Below are positions 24,611 to 33,615 of a stretch of DNA of 64,000 nt, in pieces (position 1 is the stretch's first letter; every line of letters starts with the position of its first letter). The stretch spans positions 7,575 through 71,574 of the forward strand of contig JAKANS010000002.1 of the NCBI GenBank assembly GCA_021823625.1. Reading direction: 5' to 3'. This stretch comes from a bacterium (GTDB taxonomy: Bacteria > Verrucomicrobiota > Verrucomicrobiia > Limisphaerales > J093). A model generated the notes under the pieces. It had not been told where the DNA came from. It searched no databases and was given only the letters and a program-made list of their open reading frames with translations. Both the position numbers and the translations under genes were made by a program.

Positions 24611-27061
24611 TTACTGGACGACCCCAACACCCGTCGTCGTCCCACCACCCACCGTGCCTGTGCCGGTAGTAGTGGTGCCGCCGCCGATGCCGCCGGCCTG
24701 GTTATACGAAACCACCGTCTGGAGATCGATGATTTGAATCTGTGCCTGGCGACCGCTCACGGTCGTCACTTTCGGGGCGGAGAGCACATCCACGCCGCCG
24801 CGTTGTTCCAGTGCCCGGATCACCACCCGGAATTGGGGATCCGTCATGATGCCGGTGACCGTCGCGAGGGTTGGGATCGCTGTGCCGCCGACCTCCGTGC
24901 TGCGCAATCCAGAGGTGATTATTTGATCCGTACCGGCGTTAGGCGCCACCGCCGGCGCTCCGAAATTGCCCGGAAACACGCCGTAAGGGTTCGCGGCGGA
25001 GGGCGTGCCCGCATACGAAGGCGCCGTCCCGCCAGAGAGGCCGACGTTGCCGCCCGCCATGTTGAAATTACCCAAATACCAGTCGAAGCCGAGGGCCTTC
25101 GCGTCGTCCTGCCCGATTTCGACGAACTTGACCTCGATGGTCACCTGATCCGGCGTCATGTTTAGGGCTTGGATCGCCTGATCGATGATCTCGAGATCCT
25201 GCATGGTCGCCCGAACCAAGAGGAGCCCGGTGCGGTCATTAAAGAACAAAGCTTTGCCTTGGGCGTTCTGGAAACCCGCGCCGGCCGCGCCGCCTTGGAA
25301 GCCGCCCGCGCCGCTGAAACCGCCGCCACCCTGGCCGAGAATGTTCTGGCCGCCCAGATCGACACCTGCCGCGGTGAAGTATTGCCGCACGAGGTCGTTG
25401 ACGTAGGACATCGGGGTCGATCCCGCCACGCCAGTGGGACTTCCACCGCTGCCGAGTCCACCGCCACCGCCTTGGCCACCGAGTCCACCGCCTTGGCCGC
25501 CATAGCCACCGCCACCCCCGCCGATGCCGCCACCACCACCGCCACCATAGCCGCCGCCGCCGCCGAAACCGCCGCCGCCTTGGCCGCCATAGCCACCACC
25601 GCCGATACTCACCCGCGCAATCGACAGACCGCCACCGCCGCCTTGGCCGCCATAACCGCCACCACCACCGCCGTAACCGCCACCACCACCACCACCGCCG
25701 AGGCCGCCGCCACCGCCGAGACCTCCGCCACCCAAACCGCCACCCCCGGTACCGCCAGTACCACTGCCGCCGAGCACACTGGAATAATCGATGGCATAGA
25801 CGCCTTCGAGTCCTTGCACGAACGTGTTCGGGTTGACCTTGAAGGTCTTGGTAAAGAGCTGTTCGCCTTCGGGAATCTTCTTGCTGAACACGATCGCGTA
25901 TTCCTCGACCGAGTACTTGATCTGCTTCTCAGCCACTTTGACGATTGCGTCCAGCACGTCGGCCAAGCGCACGTCATGCAGTGGCGGCTCGATCTTGATC
26001 TGGACTTCGCCCAGGTCGAACTGCTCCTGCTCGGGCGCCGCGGTCACCGGCTGCCCGGTCTGCGGATCGAAGGTGGTCAGCCCGGCCGCCGCCTGACGCG
26101 GCTGGGAGTCGATGGTCGGGGCAATGATGAAATTGAGCCCCTTCTTGTCCGGGTCGCGCAGACGGGCTTCCTCGTCCAGATAGGTGACGGCCTCGCTCAA
26201 CGACACGCCGGGGAAGTCCACTTTCTCGAGGCGGATGCGATCAAGCTTGGAATAAATCATTCGGCGGCCTGGACCGGTATAAACGGTATTGGTACGGGCA
26301 AACGGGTTGGCCACCGGCAGCTTCTCGCGCGAGATGGACGGATTCCAAGCCTCCTCGACCTCGACCATCTTGTTGCGAGCCATGATTTCGCGCTTCACGG
26401 CATCTTGCTTGTACCGCAACTCCTGAACCATGGTGAGATAATAACCCGCGGCGCGGTTCTCCGGATCGATCTTGATCGCCTGCCGAAGCTTCCCTTCCGC
26501 CTCGTCCAATTTGCCCATTTCATAAAGCAGCTTGGCATCCTGCACCAAACTACCTGCGTCCAACTTGGACTGGTGGGCCTCCGGCAACAGGGCGACGATT
26601 TCCTTGCTGGGGGTTCGCCCCTCGAGCGCCTTGAGCGCCTTGTCCACCTTCACCTTCAACTCTTGCGCCTCGGGGTTCTTCGGATCCACCCGGAGCACGC
26701 GCGACACCTGCCGGTTGGCCTCTTCGTAGGCGGCGCTGGCATAGGATTTCTTGCTGAGCGCCAGGTAGGTGGCGGAGAAGCCGGCCACGGTCTCTTTGCG
26801 CTCGTTCTCGATGCTCGTGTCTCCGATGCGCTGGACCAAGCTCCAGCACTCTTCGTACAACCGGGACGCATCCATGAGGTTGCCCTGGCGGGACTGGGCG
26901 GCCGCCTCCTTCAAATCTTTGCGCAAGAGAATCCGAAGTTCCTCCCGCCGTACGGCTTCCTCGGCCGCAGTCGTCTGCGCCGCATTCGTCTGGGCCCGGG
27001 CAGTGGGCACCGCCACCCAGAGGGCCGCCGCGGCGACGGTGATGAAGGCAAATCGAATCAT
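24611..27061 (-). CDS. secretin N-terminal part (TPR-like region, N-domains, Gly-rich domain, first strands of the secretin domain); Amuc_1098/PilQ-like
   Basis: Signal MIRFAFITVAAAALWVAVPTARAQ (ATG at 27061). TPR-like helices (KLLYEMGKLDEAEGKLRQAIKIDPEN). Secretin N-type domains (IRLEKVDFPGVSLSEAVTYL; LLLVRATMQDLEIIDQAIQALN; VTIEVKFVEI). VLSAPKVTTVSGRQAQIQI marks the start of the secretin domain. The ORF ends at the TAA at 24611-24613. Confidence 0.8.
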   Translation of the reverse strand: MIRFAFITVAAAALWVAVPTARAQTNAAQTTAAEEAVRREELRILLRKDLKEAAAQSRQGNLMDASRLYEECWSLVQRIGDTSIENERKETVAGFSATYLALSKKSYASAAYEEANRQVSRVLRVDPKNPEAQELKVKVDKALKALEGRTPSKEIVALLPEAHQSKLDAGSLVQDAKLLYEMGKLDEAEGKLRQAIKIDPENRAAGYYLTMVQELRYKQDAVKREIMARNKMVEVEEAWNPSISREKLPVANPFARTNTVYTGPGRRMIYSKLDRIRLEKVDFPGVSLSEAVTYLDEEARLRDPDKKGLNFIIAPTIDSQPRQAAAGLTTFDPQTGQPVTAAPEQEQFDLGEVQIKIEPPLHDVRLADVLDAIVKVAEKQIKYSVEEYAIVFSKKIPEGEQLFTKTFKVNPNTFVQGLEGVYAIDYSSVLGGSGTGGTGGGGLGGGGLGGGGGLGGGGGGGGYGGGGGGYGGQGGGGGLSIARVSIGGGGYGGQGGGGFGGGGGYGGGGGGGIGGGGGGYGGQGGGLGGQGGGGGLGSGGSPTGVAGSTPMSYVNDLVRQYFTAAGVDLGGQNILGQGGGGFSGAGGFQGGAAGAGFQNAQGKALFFNDRTGLLLVRATMQDLEIIDQAIQALNMTPDQVTIEVKFVEIGQDDAKALGFDWYLGNFNMAGGNVGLSGGTAPSYAGTPSAANPYGVFPGNFGAPAVAPNAGTDQIITSGLRSTEVGGTAIPTLATVTGIMTDPQFRVVIRALEQRGGVDVLSAPKVTTVSGRQAQIQIIDLQTVVSYNQAGGIGGGTTTTGTGTVGGGTTTGVGVVQ

Positions 27062-27118
27062 GGATGGGTTATTTCGCAAAACGGAAGACATAAAGCAATG
27101 CGGATTACGGAGCGGCCT

Positions 27119-27916
27119 TCAGCGGTTGAGCGAGATCACGGTTCGGCGTTTGGTTTTCTCGTCCTCGATTGTAACGTCCGAGGCACTGATGGCAACGACA
27201 TTGTAGGTGGAACCGGCCACGGTGAGCTTGCTGCCCTGCCTTTCCTTCAAGAAGGTGCGGCCTTCGCCCTCGTGGCGCAGGTCGGCCGAGTAACCCGCCA
27301 CTTCGTTGTAACCTTTGTCCTTGGGAACCACCACGGTGGTGCGCGAATCCGCCAGCTCCACGCGAAAGCCATCCGGGCGGTCCTTCGGCCCCATGACCTC
27401 TTTGAGCAGGATGACATCCGGTTTGTCGTTGATGGCAAGAATCACGATGCGACCGTGCTGCAGGCTCGACACGGTTGCCGCCTGGTTTTGCACGTAGAAG
27501 CGGTACCTCGTGGCGGTGCCGCTTCGAGAGAGGCCCTGGAATTCGATGCGGAGCATCAGCGGCGTGATATTCGTAACGATCAGTCCCTCCAAACCTGAAG
27601 GCGGCGGGGGAATCGGCGGAAAGCCTCCGGGACCCCTGCCTTTCATCCAGGTGCCGGAAGGATTGAACAAACCGTGTTTGCCGGTCCCGAAACCGAACTT
27701 GATGGGCCCCTTCAGTCGGGCGAGCACGGCTTCGTTCGTGGAGAGGTTGAGTTCGGGAATCGGCGCCACCTTGGGGTCATCCACCGCACTCGTCACCACC
27801 GCGAGCCTCTCCCGGACGTTGGCCACTTCGAAAGGCAGATAACCGGCCGCCACCGCCAAGCTGAGCAAGACCACGCTCAGCAGTATCTTCTCGTAGTGCT
27901 TCTTTAGAAAGTCCAT
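27119..27916 (-). CDS. membrane-anchored hypothetical protein in the PilP / Amuc_1099 position
   Basis: 265-aa ORF with an N-terminal TM (ILLSVVLLSLAVAAGYLPF). It lies between the PilO-position gene and the secretin, with an 8-nt gap upstream. The function is inferred from position only. Confidence 0.55.
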   Translation of the reverse strand: MDFLKKHYEKILLSVVLLSLAVAAGYLPFEVANVRERLAVVTSAVDDPKVAPIPELNLSTNEAVLARLKGPIKFGFGTGKHGLFNPSGTWMKGRGPGGFPPIPPPPSGLEGLIVTNITPLMLRIEFQGLSRSGTATRYRFYVQNQAATVSSLQHGRIVILAINDKPDVILLKEVMGPKDRPDGFRVELADSRTTVVVPKDKGYNEVAGYSADLRHEGEGRTFLKERQGSKLTVAGSTYNVVAISASDVTIEDEKTKRRTVISLNR

Positions 27917-27924
27917 GCGTCAAC

Positions 27925-29013
27925 TTAGGGGGAGGGCGTGGCTTCCGGAGCCGCCGCTGGATCGGGTGGAGCCGCTTGCGGATCGCCTGCAGCCGCCTGC
28001 CCGCGCGCACCGCCTGACCGGCTGGCCTTGGCTTCGTTCGGATCGCGGAGCCTGACGATGTCCACCCAGGCTGTCACGCGGAAGGGTTTTTCGCTGACGA
28101 TCTTCGCGGCGTCTTCCTGGGCGGTCAGCGTCGCCGAATCCATCGGTTGCGGGGCCATTGGCATGCGCCCGCGCAAACCGTACCGCATCATCATCATCAT
28201 CGCGGGACTCATCGCAGGCATGTTACCCTCGCCGCCGCCCGTGGGCGCGTAGATGTCAACCGTATTGGTGTCCCCGGTATCGACGATCAGGTTTTTGAGC
28301 AGCAAGCTGTGAGGGTTGCGGGCCAGACCTTCGAGCACGGACTGCAACTCGCTGCTGAAACAGCGGAAAGTGAACTCGTAAGGGATCACCACGGCCAGGT
28401 CGTTGGTAACGGCTTTTCGCGTCCAGTAATCCGAAGTGCCGCCCATCATTCCGATTCCGGGCGTGTCTTGCGTGGCCAGCGAGATACGGCGGATCCGTTC
28501 GAGTTCCAAAACCTTCGCATCGAAGATAATCTCGCAGACTTCCTTGATTTCCATGAGCGCGCGCGTCAACGGCACCACGGTGTTGGCCTCGACGAACGCG
28601 AGTGGTTTCTGGGCGGCGAAGGTAAAGGCGTAATTGTCAGGGAGTTTCGTGCTCGACTGCCGCGCCAACCGCTGCAGGTAGTCCACCGTGGTGTCGAGCA
28701 GGAGTTTGAAATCGCCGCCGCTGAGGTTGGTCGGGTACGGTACGGGGACGAACTGTTGCTTCGCCCGCGCGGCAAAGACCTCGAGTTTCTCCTCCTGCTG
28801 CCGCGCGGCGGCGATGTTGTCCACCTTCCGGTTGCCCGGATGCGGTTTCATGCGGAGCAGCCCCTGCAACTCAGTGTCCTGCGCCTCGAGCTTGGTCGTC
28901 ACCTCCGCCGAATGCTGGATCTTGAGGTAGAGAAAATAGCCGGCAAAACCCAGGAGAGCCAAAGCCGCGACCCCGCTGATGACCAGCGTGAGGTTTTTTT
29001 TGATCCAGTCCAT
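27925..29013 (-). CDS. Amuc_1100-like / PilO-position pilus-complex protein
   Basis: N-terminal TM (LTLVISGVAALALLGFAGYFLYL), then a coiled-coil. The segments IPYEFTFRCFSSELQSVLEGLARNPHSLLLKNLIV and EKPFRVTAWVDIVRL resemble, from memory, the Akkermansia Amuc_1100 segments LEIAFQGDRESVLKAMNAI...FTVNSIRI and QVFVKVSLNLVHF. There is a 3-nt gap to the pilMN stop. Confidence 0.5.
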   Translation of the reverse strand: MDWIKKNLTLVISGVAALALLGFAGYFLYLKIQHSAEVTTKLEAQDTELQGLLRMKPHPGNRKVDNIAAARQQEEKLEVFAARAKQQFVPVPYPTNLSGGDFKLLLDTTVDYLQRLARQSSTKLPDNYAFTFAAQKPLAFVEANTVVPLTRALMEIKEVCEIIFDAKVLELERIRRISLATQDTPGIGMMGGTSDYWTRKAVTNDLAVVIPYEFTFRCFSSELQSVLEGLARNPHSLLLKNLIVDTGDTNTVDIYAPTGGGEGNMPAMSPAMMMMMRYGLRGRMPMAPQPMDSATLTAQEDAAKIVSEKPFRVTAWVDIVRLRDPNEAKASRSGGARGQAAAGDPQAAPPDPAAAPEATPSP

Positions 29014-29016
29014 ACC

Positions 29017-30924
29017 TTACAGTTTGATGGGCGCGGCGAGCTTCAGTTTCACCTCAAACCGGAAGGTGTTGGTGGTCTGGTCAGGCTGCATGTTGCCGGA
29101 GAGCACCGTGCCATTGGTGCCGCTGAGGAAAAGCGGATTGGCCCGCAACGCCTCCTGCACCGCCAGCATGATCTCGGTGTTCGCGGTGGGATTGGCGATG
29201 TGCCAGTCGATCGCCCGGCAGGTCAGGTTCACGGTGGAGATTTCGTTGGTGTTGGGCTTGCTGGGTGCTGCACCCGCATCCGGCGCGCCCGAGGCGTCGC
29301 TGGCGCCGCTGGCGTCGCCGCCCGAAGAGTCACCGCCCGTATCCTGCGTGATTTTGAAGCCTTTCGGGACCAAGCCATAACGCATCATCATCCGGATATC
29401 CATCATCATGGGCTTCGGCTTGTTGCTCTCGTCCTCCTGCTCTTCCGGTGGCGCCGAAAGGTTCTCCGCCGCCAGGCGTTCGATCCAGACCGCCGTCTTC
29501 ATTCCCGGTTGGGTGGTCACCTTCTCCGCCGTCACCAAAGAGTTACGCAACGCCGTTAGAATATCCGCCCAAGCGAACCGGTCCTCGAGCCACTCCGTGT
29601 ACTGATCCACCACCTTCTGCGCCTCATCGCGTTTGCGCATGGCGGCCTTAAACTGCTCCGCATTCTGCTTCAGTCGGGCCACCTTGGGGTCACGTTCGTC
29701 GATCGCCTGTTGCTTCACTGCGGCGACGCGATCGAAAAACATGCCCATCGCGAACACGGCCAGGATCAAGCTGATGACCGCCGCAATGAAATAAGGCTTT
29801 TTCTGGTTGAACTGTTGGCGCTGGAGGATCGTCTTCGGAATCAGGTTCAGCTCCACCGGACACCGCGTCGGATTGCGCAAACCGAGCCCGACGACCTCGC
29901 CAAACGAATGGGCCACCCGCGCCAATTCTTCGATATTGACGCCCGGGGCGATCTCCACGTTCCGGAATGGATTGAAGTAATCCACCGGCAGGTTGAGCTT
30001 CTCCGCGAAGAACTGCGAGGTGTAGGCCATGATGGAGGCCCCGCCCGAAAGAAATACCCGCTGAGGCGCCGAGCCGCCTTGCTGGCTCCGGTAAAACTGG
30101 ATGGTCTGATTGACCTGGATGTGCAGGCGGGTCATCACCTGCCGGGCGATCTTGGAAATCGCCGCCTGGCGCGGGCTGTCAGGCTCTTCGTAAGCGCCGC
30201 CCAAGCTGACGAAGCCCTCGGCGATCTTGATTTTCTCCGCCTCGGCGAACGGCAGTTTCGACTCGGCGGCGAACTCCTGGGTGATCGAGTTCGCGCCAAT
30301 GTTGATGCTGCGGCAATAGATCTTGTCCTTCTCGAAAAAGAGGACGTTGCTGGTCTTGGCACCGATGTCCAGCAGCATCGAACAGCCTTCCTGATCGCCG
30401 TAATTATAGCGGAAGGCATTCGCGAGCGCTGCCGCGGAAACATCCACCAGTTGCAGCCGCAAGCCCTGCCCTTCCGCGGCCTTGAACAGGCCCTCGACCA
30501 AGTCGGTCTTGATGGCGACGAGGAGAACCTCCAGTTCGCCCGAAGGCAGATTGCCGAGAATCTGGTAGTCCCAGACGACCTCCTCCAGTGGGAAAGGCAC
30601 GTTCTGCTGGGCCTCGTACTGGATGATCTGGGTGGCCTTCGAGGCGTCCACCGGCGGCAGCTTGATGAACTTCGAGAACGCTTGGAAACCTGGGGCGCAA
30701 ACGTTGCAGTCGCGCGCGTTGAAGGTCTTGCTGCCGACCACCTCCTGCAAAGCACGCAGCACCACGCCCTCCCGGGCGCTATCCTGCGCGCCCGCAAATC
30801 CCAACGGCTTGACCGCGTAACGCAGCAGCCGGAGGGCGCCCGCTTCGGTGGCGTCAAATTCGGCCAGCTTCAGCGTCCCGGCGCCAAAGTCGATGCACAA
30901 AAAGGATTTCGACGTGTTCAGCAT
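29017..30924 (-). CDS. pilM: PilM-like actin-fold ATPase fused to a PilN-like membrane segment (Amuc_1101-like)
   Basis: Residues 1-350 look PilM/FtsA-like (FLCIDFGAGTLKLAEF, LVDVSAAALANAF, MLLDIGAKTSNV, VFLSGGAS). ELNLIPK and a TM helix (YFIAAVISLILAVFAMGMFF) follow as in PilN, then a coiled-coil and a C-terminal extension of about 130 aa. Confidence 0.8.
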   Translation of the reverse strand: MLNTSKSFLCIDFGAGTLKLAEFDATEAGALRLLRYAVKPLGFAGAQDSAREGVVLRALQEVVGSKTFNARDCNVCAPGFQAFSKFIKLPPVDASKATQIIQYEAQQNVPFPLEEVVWDYQILGNLPSGELEVLLVAIKTDLVEGLFKAAEGQGLRLQLVDVSAAALANAFRYNYGDQEGCSMLLDIGAKTSNVLFFEKDKIYCRSINIGANSITQEFAAESKLPFAEAEKIKIAEGFVSLGGAYEEPDSPRQAAISKIARQVMTRLHIQVNQTIQFYRSQQGGSAPQRVFLSGGASIMAYTSQFFAEKLNLPVDYFNPFRNVEIAPGVNIEELARVAHSFGEVVGLGLRNPTRCPVELNLIPKTILQRQQFNQKKPYFIAAVISLILAVFAMGMFFDRVAAVKQQAIDERDPKVARLKQNAEQFKAAMRKRDEAQKVVDQYTEWLEDRFAWADILTALRNSLVTAEKVTTQPGMKTAVWIERLAAENLSAPPEEQEDESNKPKPMMMDIRMMMRYGLVPKGFKITQDTGGDSSGGDASGASDASGAPDAGAAPSKPNTNEISTVNLTCRAIDWHIANPTANTEIMLAVQEALRANPLFLSGTNGTVLSGNMQPDQTTNTFRFEVKLKLAAPIKL

Positions 30925-31078
30925 TGCTTCTACCCGACTGCCTCAAGCCGGACCTGCAAAGTGTCACGGTCCGGCCCAACACAAGGTCGAGAGTTTCGTT
31001 GGTGGTTACTGGAAATGAATCGGACGGTCAAACAGAAAAGTCTGTTGAATACGCTGTTTGAGAGCGCCGAACCGGGCG

Positions 31079-32095
31079 CTAACCGACCCGTTTCCGGAAC
31101 CACGCAACGGTTTGTTCGAGTCCATCTGTCAAAGACACTTTCGGTTCCCAACTAAGCAGTTTTCGTGCTCGCGAGATGTCGGGCCGACGTTGTTTGGGGT
31201 CATCTTGCGGGAGCGGTCGAAAAACGATCCGGCTGCGGGAACCGGTGGCCCGAATGATCGCCTCGGCGAACTCCAAGACTTTCATTTCGTTCGGGTTGCC
31301 GATGTTGGTGGGCAGGTGCGAATCGCACAACATCAGGCGGTAAATGCCTTCGATCAGGTCCGAGCAATAGCAAAAGCTGCGGGTCTGGCTGCCGTCGCCA
31401 AATACCGGCAGCGGTTGGTTGCGCAACGCGGCGGCGATGAACGCCGGGACAACCCGCCCGTCGCCCATGCGCATCCGTGGACCGTATGTGTTAAAGATCC
31501 GCACGATTCGCGTTTCGAGGCCATGTTCCTGGTGGTAGGCCATGGTCAAGGCCTCGGCGAAACGCTTGGCCTCGTCGTAACATCCACGCGGGCCGACTTG
31601 GTTCACGTTGCCCCAGTAGCTTTCCGTCTGGGGATGTACCAACGGATCGCCATAGACTTCCGACGTGGAGGCGAGCAGAAAACGCGCGCCTTTGTACTTG
31701 GCCAGGCCGAGAGCCTTGTGCGTGCCCAGCGACCCAACTTTGAGCGTCTGGATGGGCAGCTCGAGATAATCCACCGGACTCGCCGGTGAGGCAAAATGCC
31801 ACACATAGTCCACCGGTCCGTCCAAGAAGAGGTACTCAGTTGCGTCTTGGCAAACGAACCGGAATTTCGCGTCGCCCGCGTGATGCGCGATGTTTTCCAC
31901 CGACCCGGTCACCAGGTTGTCGATCACGACCACCCGATGGCCTCGCGCCAACAGCAGGTCCACCAAGTGCGAACCCAGGAAACCCGCGCCGCCGGTCACC
32001 ACCGAGACGGGTGCTGAAGCGCGGCGAGGACGGCGGGACGGGGGCGGGGCTTTCTTCATGCGTTCGGGTAATTCGCGGGAGGTTCGGGTGGGCAC
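31079..32095 (-). CDS. UDP-glucuronate decarboxylase (UDP-xylose synthase), SDR family
   Basis: [16 protein letters not shown] Rossmann motif, [15 protein letters not shown] catalytic Yxxx[11 protein letters not shown]. The start is either the GTG at 32095 or the ATG at 32059. Confidence 0.85.
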   Translation of the reverse strand: MPTRTSRELPERMKKAPPPSRRPRRASAPVSVVTGGAGFLGSHLVDLLLARGHRVVVIDNLVTGSVENIAHHAGDAKFRFVCQDATEYLFLDGPVDYVWHFASPASPVDYLELPIQTLKVGSLGTHKALGLAKYKGARFLLASTSEVYGDPLVHPQTESYWGNVNQVGPRGCYDEAKRFAEALTMAYHQEHGLETRIVRIFNTYGPRMRMGDGRVVPAFIAAALRNQPLPVFGDGSQTRSFCYCSDLIEGIYRLMLCDSHLPTNIGNPNEMKVLEFAEAIIRATGSRSRIVFRPLPQDDPKQRRPDISRARKLLSWEPKVSLTDGLEQTVAWFRKRVG

Positions 32096-32100
32096 GGGGG

Positions 32101-33498
32101 CTATTTGGCGCCGGCCCCGGAAAGGACCGCGGGCACCGTCCGCAGCAGGATGCTGCAGTCCAGCCAGAGCGACCAGTTGTCGATGTAGTGCAGGTCAAGG
32201 CGCACCCACTCGTTGAAGTCCTTGACCTGGTTGCGACCGCTGACCTGCCACAAACAGGTCAGTCCCGGTTTGACGCTGAGGCGGCGCCGGTGAGCCGGGT
32301 CGTCGAATCGCTTCACTTCATGGACCGGCAACGGCCGGGGTCCCACCAGGCTCATCTCGCCGCGAAGGACGTTGAACAACTGCGGCAGTTCGTCGATGCT
32401 GTACTTGCGCAGAAACCGGCCAAAGGGCGTGATGCGGGGATCGTTGGTCACCTTGAACACCGGCCCGCTCATTTCGTTCAGCGTCTCCAACTCATGCCGG
32501 CGTTGCTCCGCGTCGCTCACCATGGAGCGGAACTTGAGCATCGTGAACGGCCGCCCGTTCAGGCCGCTGCGTTCCTGGCGGAAAAGGACGGGGCCGGGGG
32601 ACGACAACCGCGTGCCGATCGCCGCCACCAACATGATCGGCGCCGTCACCACCAGCAGCGCCAGCGCGCCGAAGAAATCAATGGCTTGCTTGGCGAAGAG
32701 CGGCCAGACGCTTGAGGGGGCGGAGCGAAAAACCAGCACCGGCCGGCCTTGCAACACCGCCACGCTGGTTTTGGAAATCCGGGGTTTGAAGAAATCCGCC
32801 AGCAGCCAGACCTCCACGCCTTCGCGTTCGCACAAAGCGATGGCCTGCTCGATCTGGCCGAAGAGCGTGTGCTGGGCGGCAAGCAGGATGCCGTTGGGAG
32901 AATGCTCGTGCATCAGGTCCACCAGCAGTTCGACCGGCGCCTGGTTCAGGTCGAGACGAGCCACCACCTGGAACCCGCCGCCCTGGTCACGGTTCAACTC
33001 GAACAACAACGGTTCAGTCTCCTCGGGTGAACCCACCAAGATCAAGCGCTGCTTGATTTGCGCCTGTCCCATGCTGCTGCTCCGCCAGCGCAAGAGCAAC
33101 TCCTCCTTGAGGGCCATCAACCCAAAGCTGGTCACCCCGAAGAAGATCAGCACCGACCGGGCGATGATTTGCGCTTCCCGCGTGATCCACAGCAACAGAA
33201 TCAGACCCACGACCGTTCCCGAGCACGCCTGGAACAGGCTCCAAGCCGTCTGGGTCCGGCTGGGCAACCACGGGCGCCGGTAGAAACCGCTCAAGACCAA
33301 AGCCACTGGCGCCAGCGGAATGACCAGCAAAAACACCCACAAGTAGTACTCGAAAGGGTAGATGTTCTTGGCCCCCCGGAAGACCTCGAACTGCCAATGC
33401 TCACGGACGGCGTGGGCCAGGAAGAAGCTTAAAGCGAACAACCCGGCGTCCACCGCCATCTGAATCTGTTGCTGAACTTGTCGCTGTTGTCGCAGCAT
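32101..33498 (-). CDS. polyprenyl-phosphate glycosyl-1-phosphate transferase (bacterial sugar transferase, EPS priming enzyme)
   Basis: Several N-terminal TM helices. C-terminal PF02397-type strings are present: [57 protein letters not shown]. Confidence 0.85.
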   Translation of the reverse strand: MLRQQRQVQQQIQMAVDAGLFALSFFLAHAVREHWQFEVFRGAKNIYPFEYYLWVFLLVIPLAPVALVLSGFYRRPWLPSRTQTAWSLFQACSGTVVGLILLLWITREAQIIARSVLIFFGVTSFGLMALKEELLLRWRSSSMGQAQIKQRLILVGSPEETEPLLFELNRDQGGGFQVVARLDLNQAPVELLVDLMHEHSPNGILLAAQHTLFGQIEQAIALCEREGVEVWLLADFFKPRISKTSVAVLQGRPVLVFRSAPSSVWPLFAKQAIDFFGALALLVVTAPIMLVAAIGTRLSSPGPVLFRQERSGLNGRPFTMLKFRSMVSDAEQRRHELETLNEMSGPVFKVTNDPRITPFGRFLRKYSIDELPQLFNVLRGEMSLVGPRPLPVHEVKRFDDPAHRRRLSVKPGLTCLWQVSGRNQVKDFNEWVRLDLHYIDNWSLWLDCSILLRTVPAVLSGAGAK

Positions 33499-33615
33499 CG
33501 GTGATCAGACACTGACTCGCCAGACCGCGTCGGAACTCTGCCACCCTCGGAGGCCGGCGGGCAATTCTTTACGGGCCACCGCCCGTACTCCTTCCAGAGC
33601 AATCATGATCGCACC

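Noticed and set aside
24611-24613. The in-frame stop in the secretin as a recoded codon (selenocysteine or pyrrolysine).
   Set aside because: The codon is TAA, not TGA or TAG, and no SECIS-like hairpin is evident. Recoding of that kind is therefore not supported.
25436-25774. Highly repetitive ggc/gcc-rich DNA that could superficially look like a repeat array.
   Set aside because: It has no repeat-spacer periodicity. It is the coding sequence of the poly-Gly/GGY domain of the secretin, inside a continuous ORF. It is not a CRISPR array.
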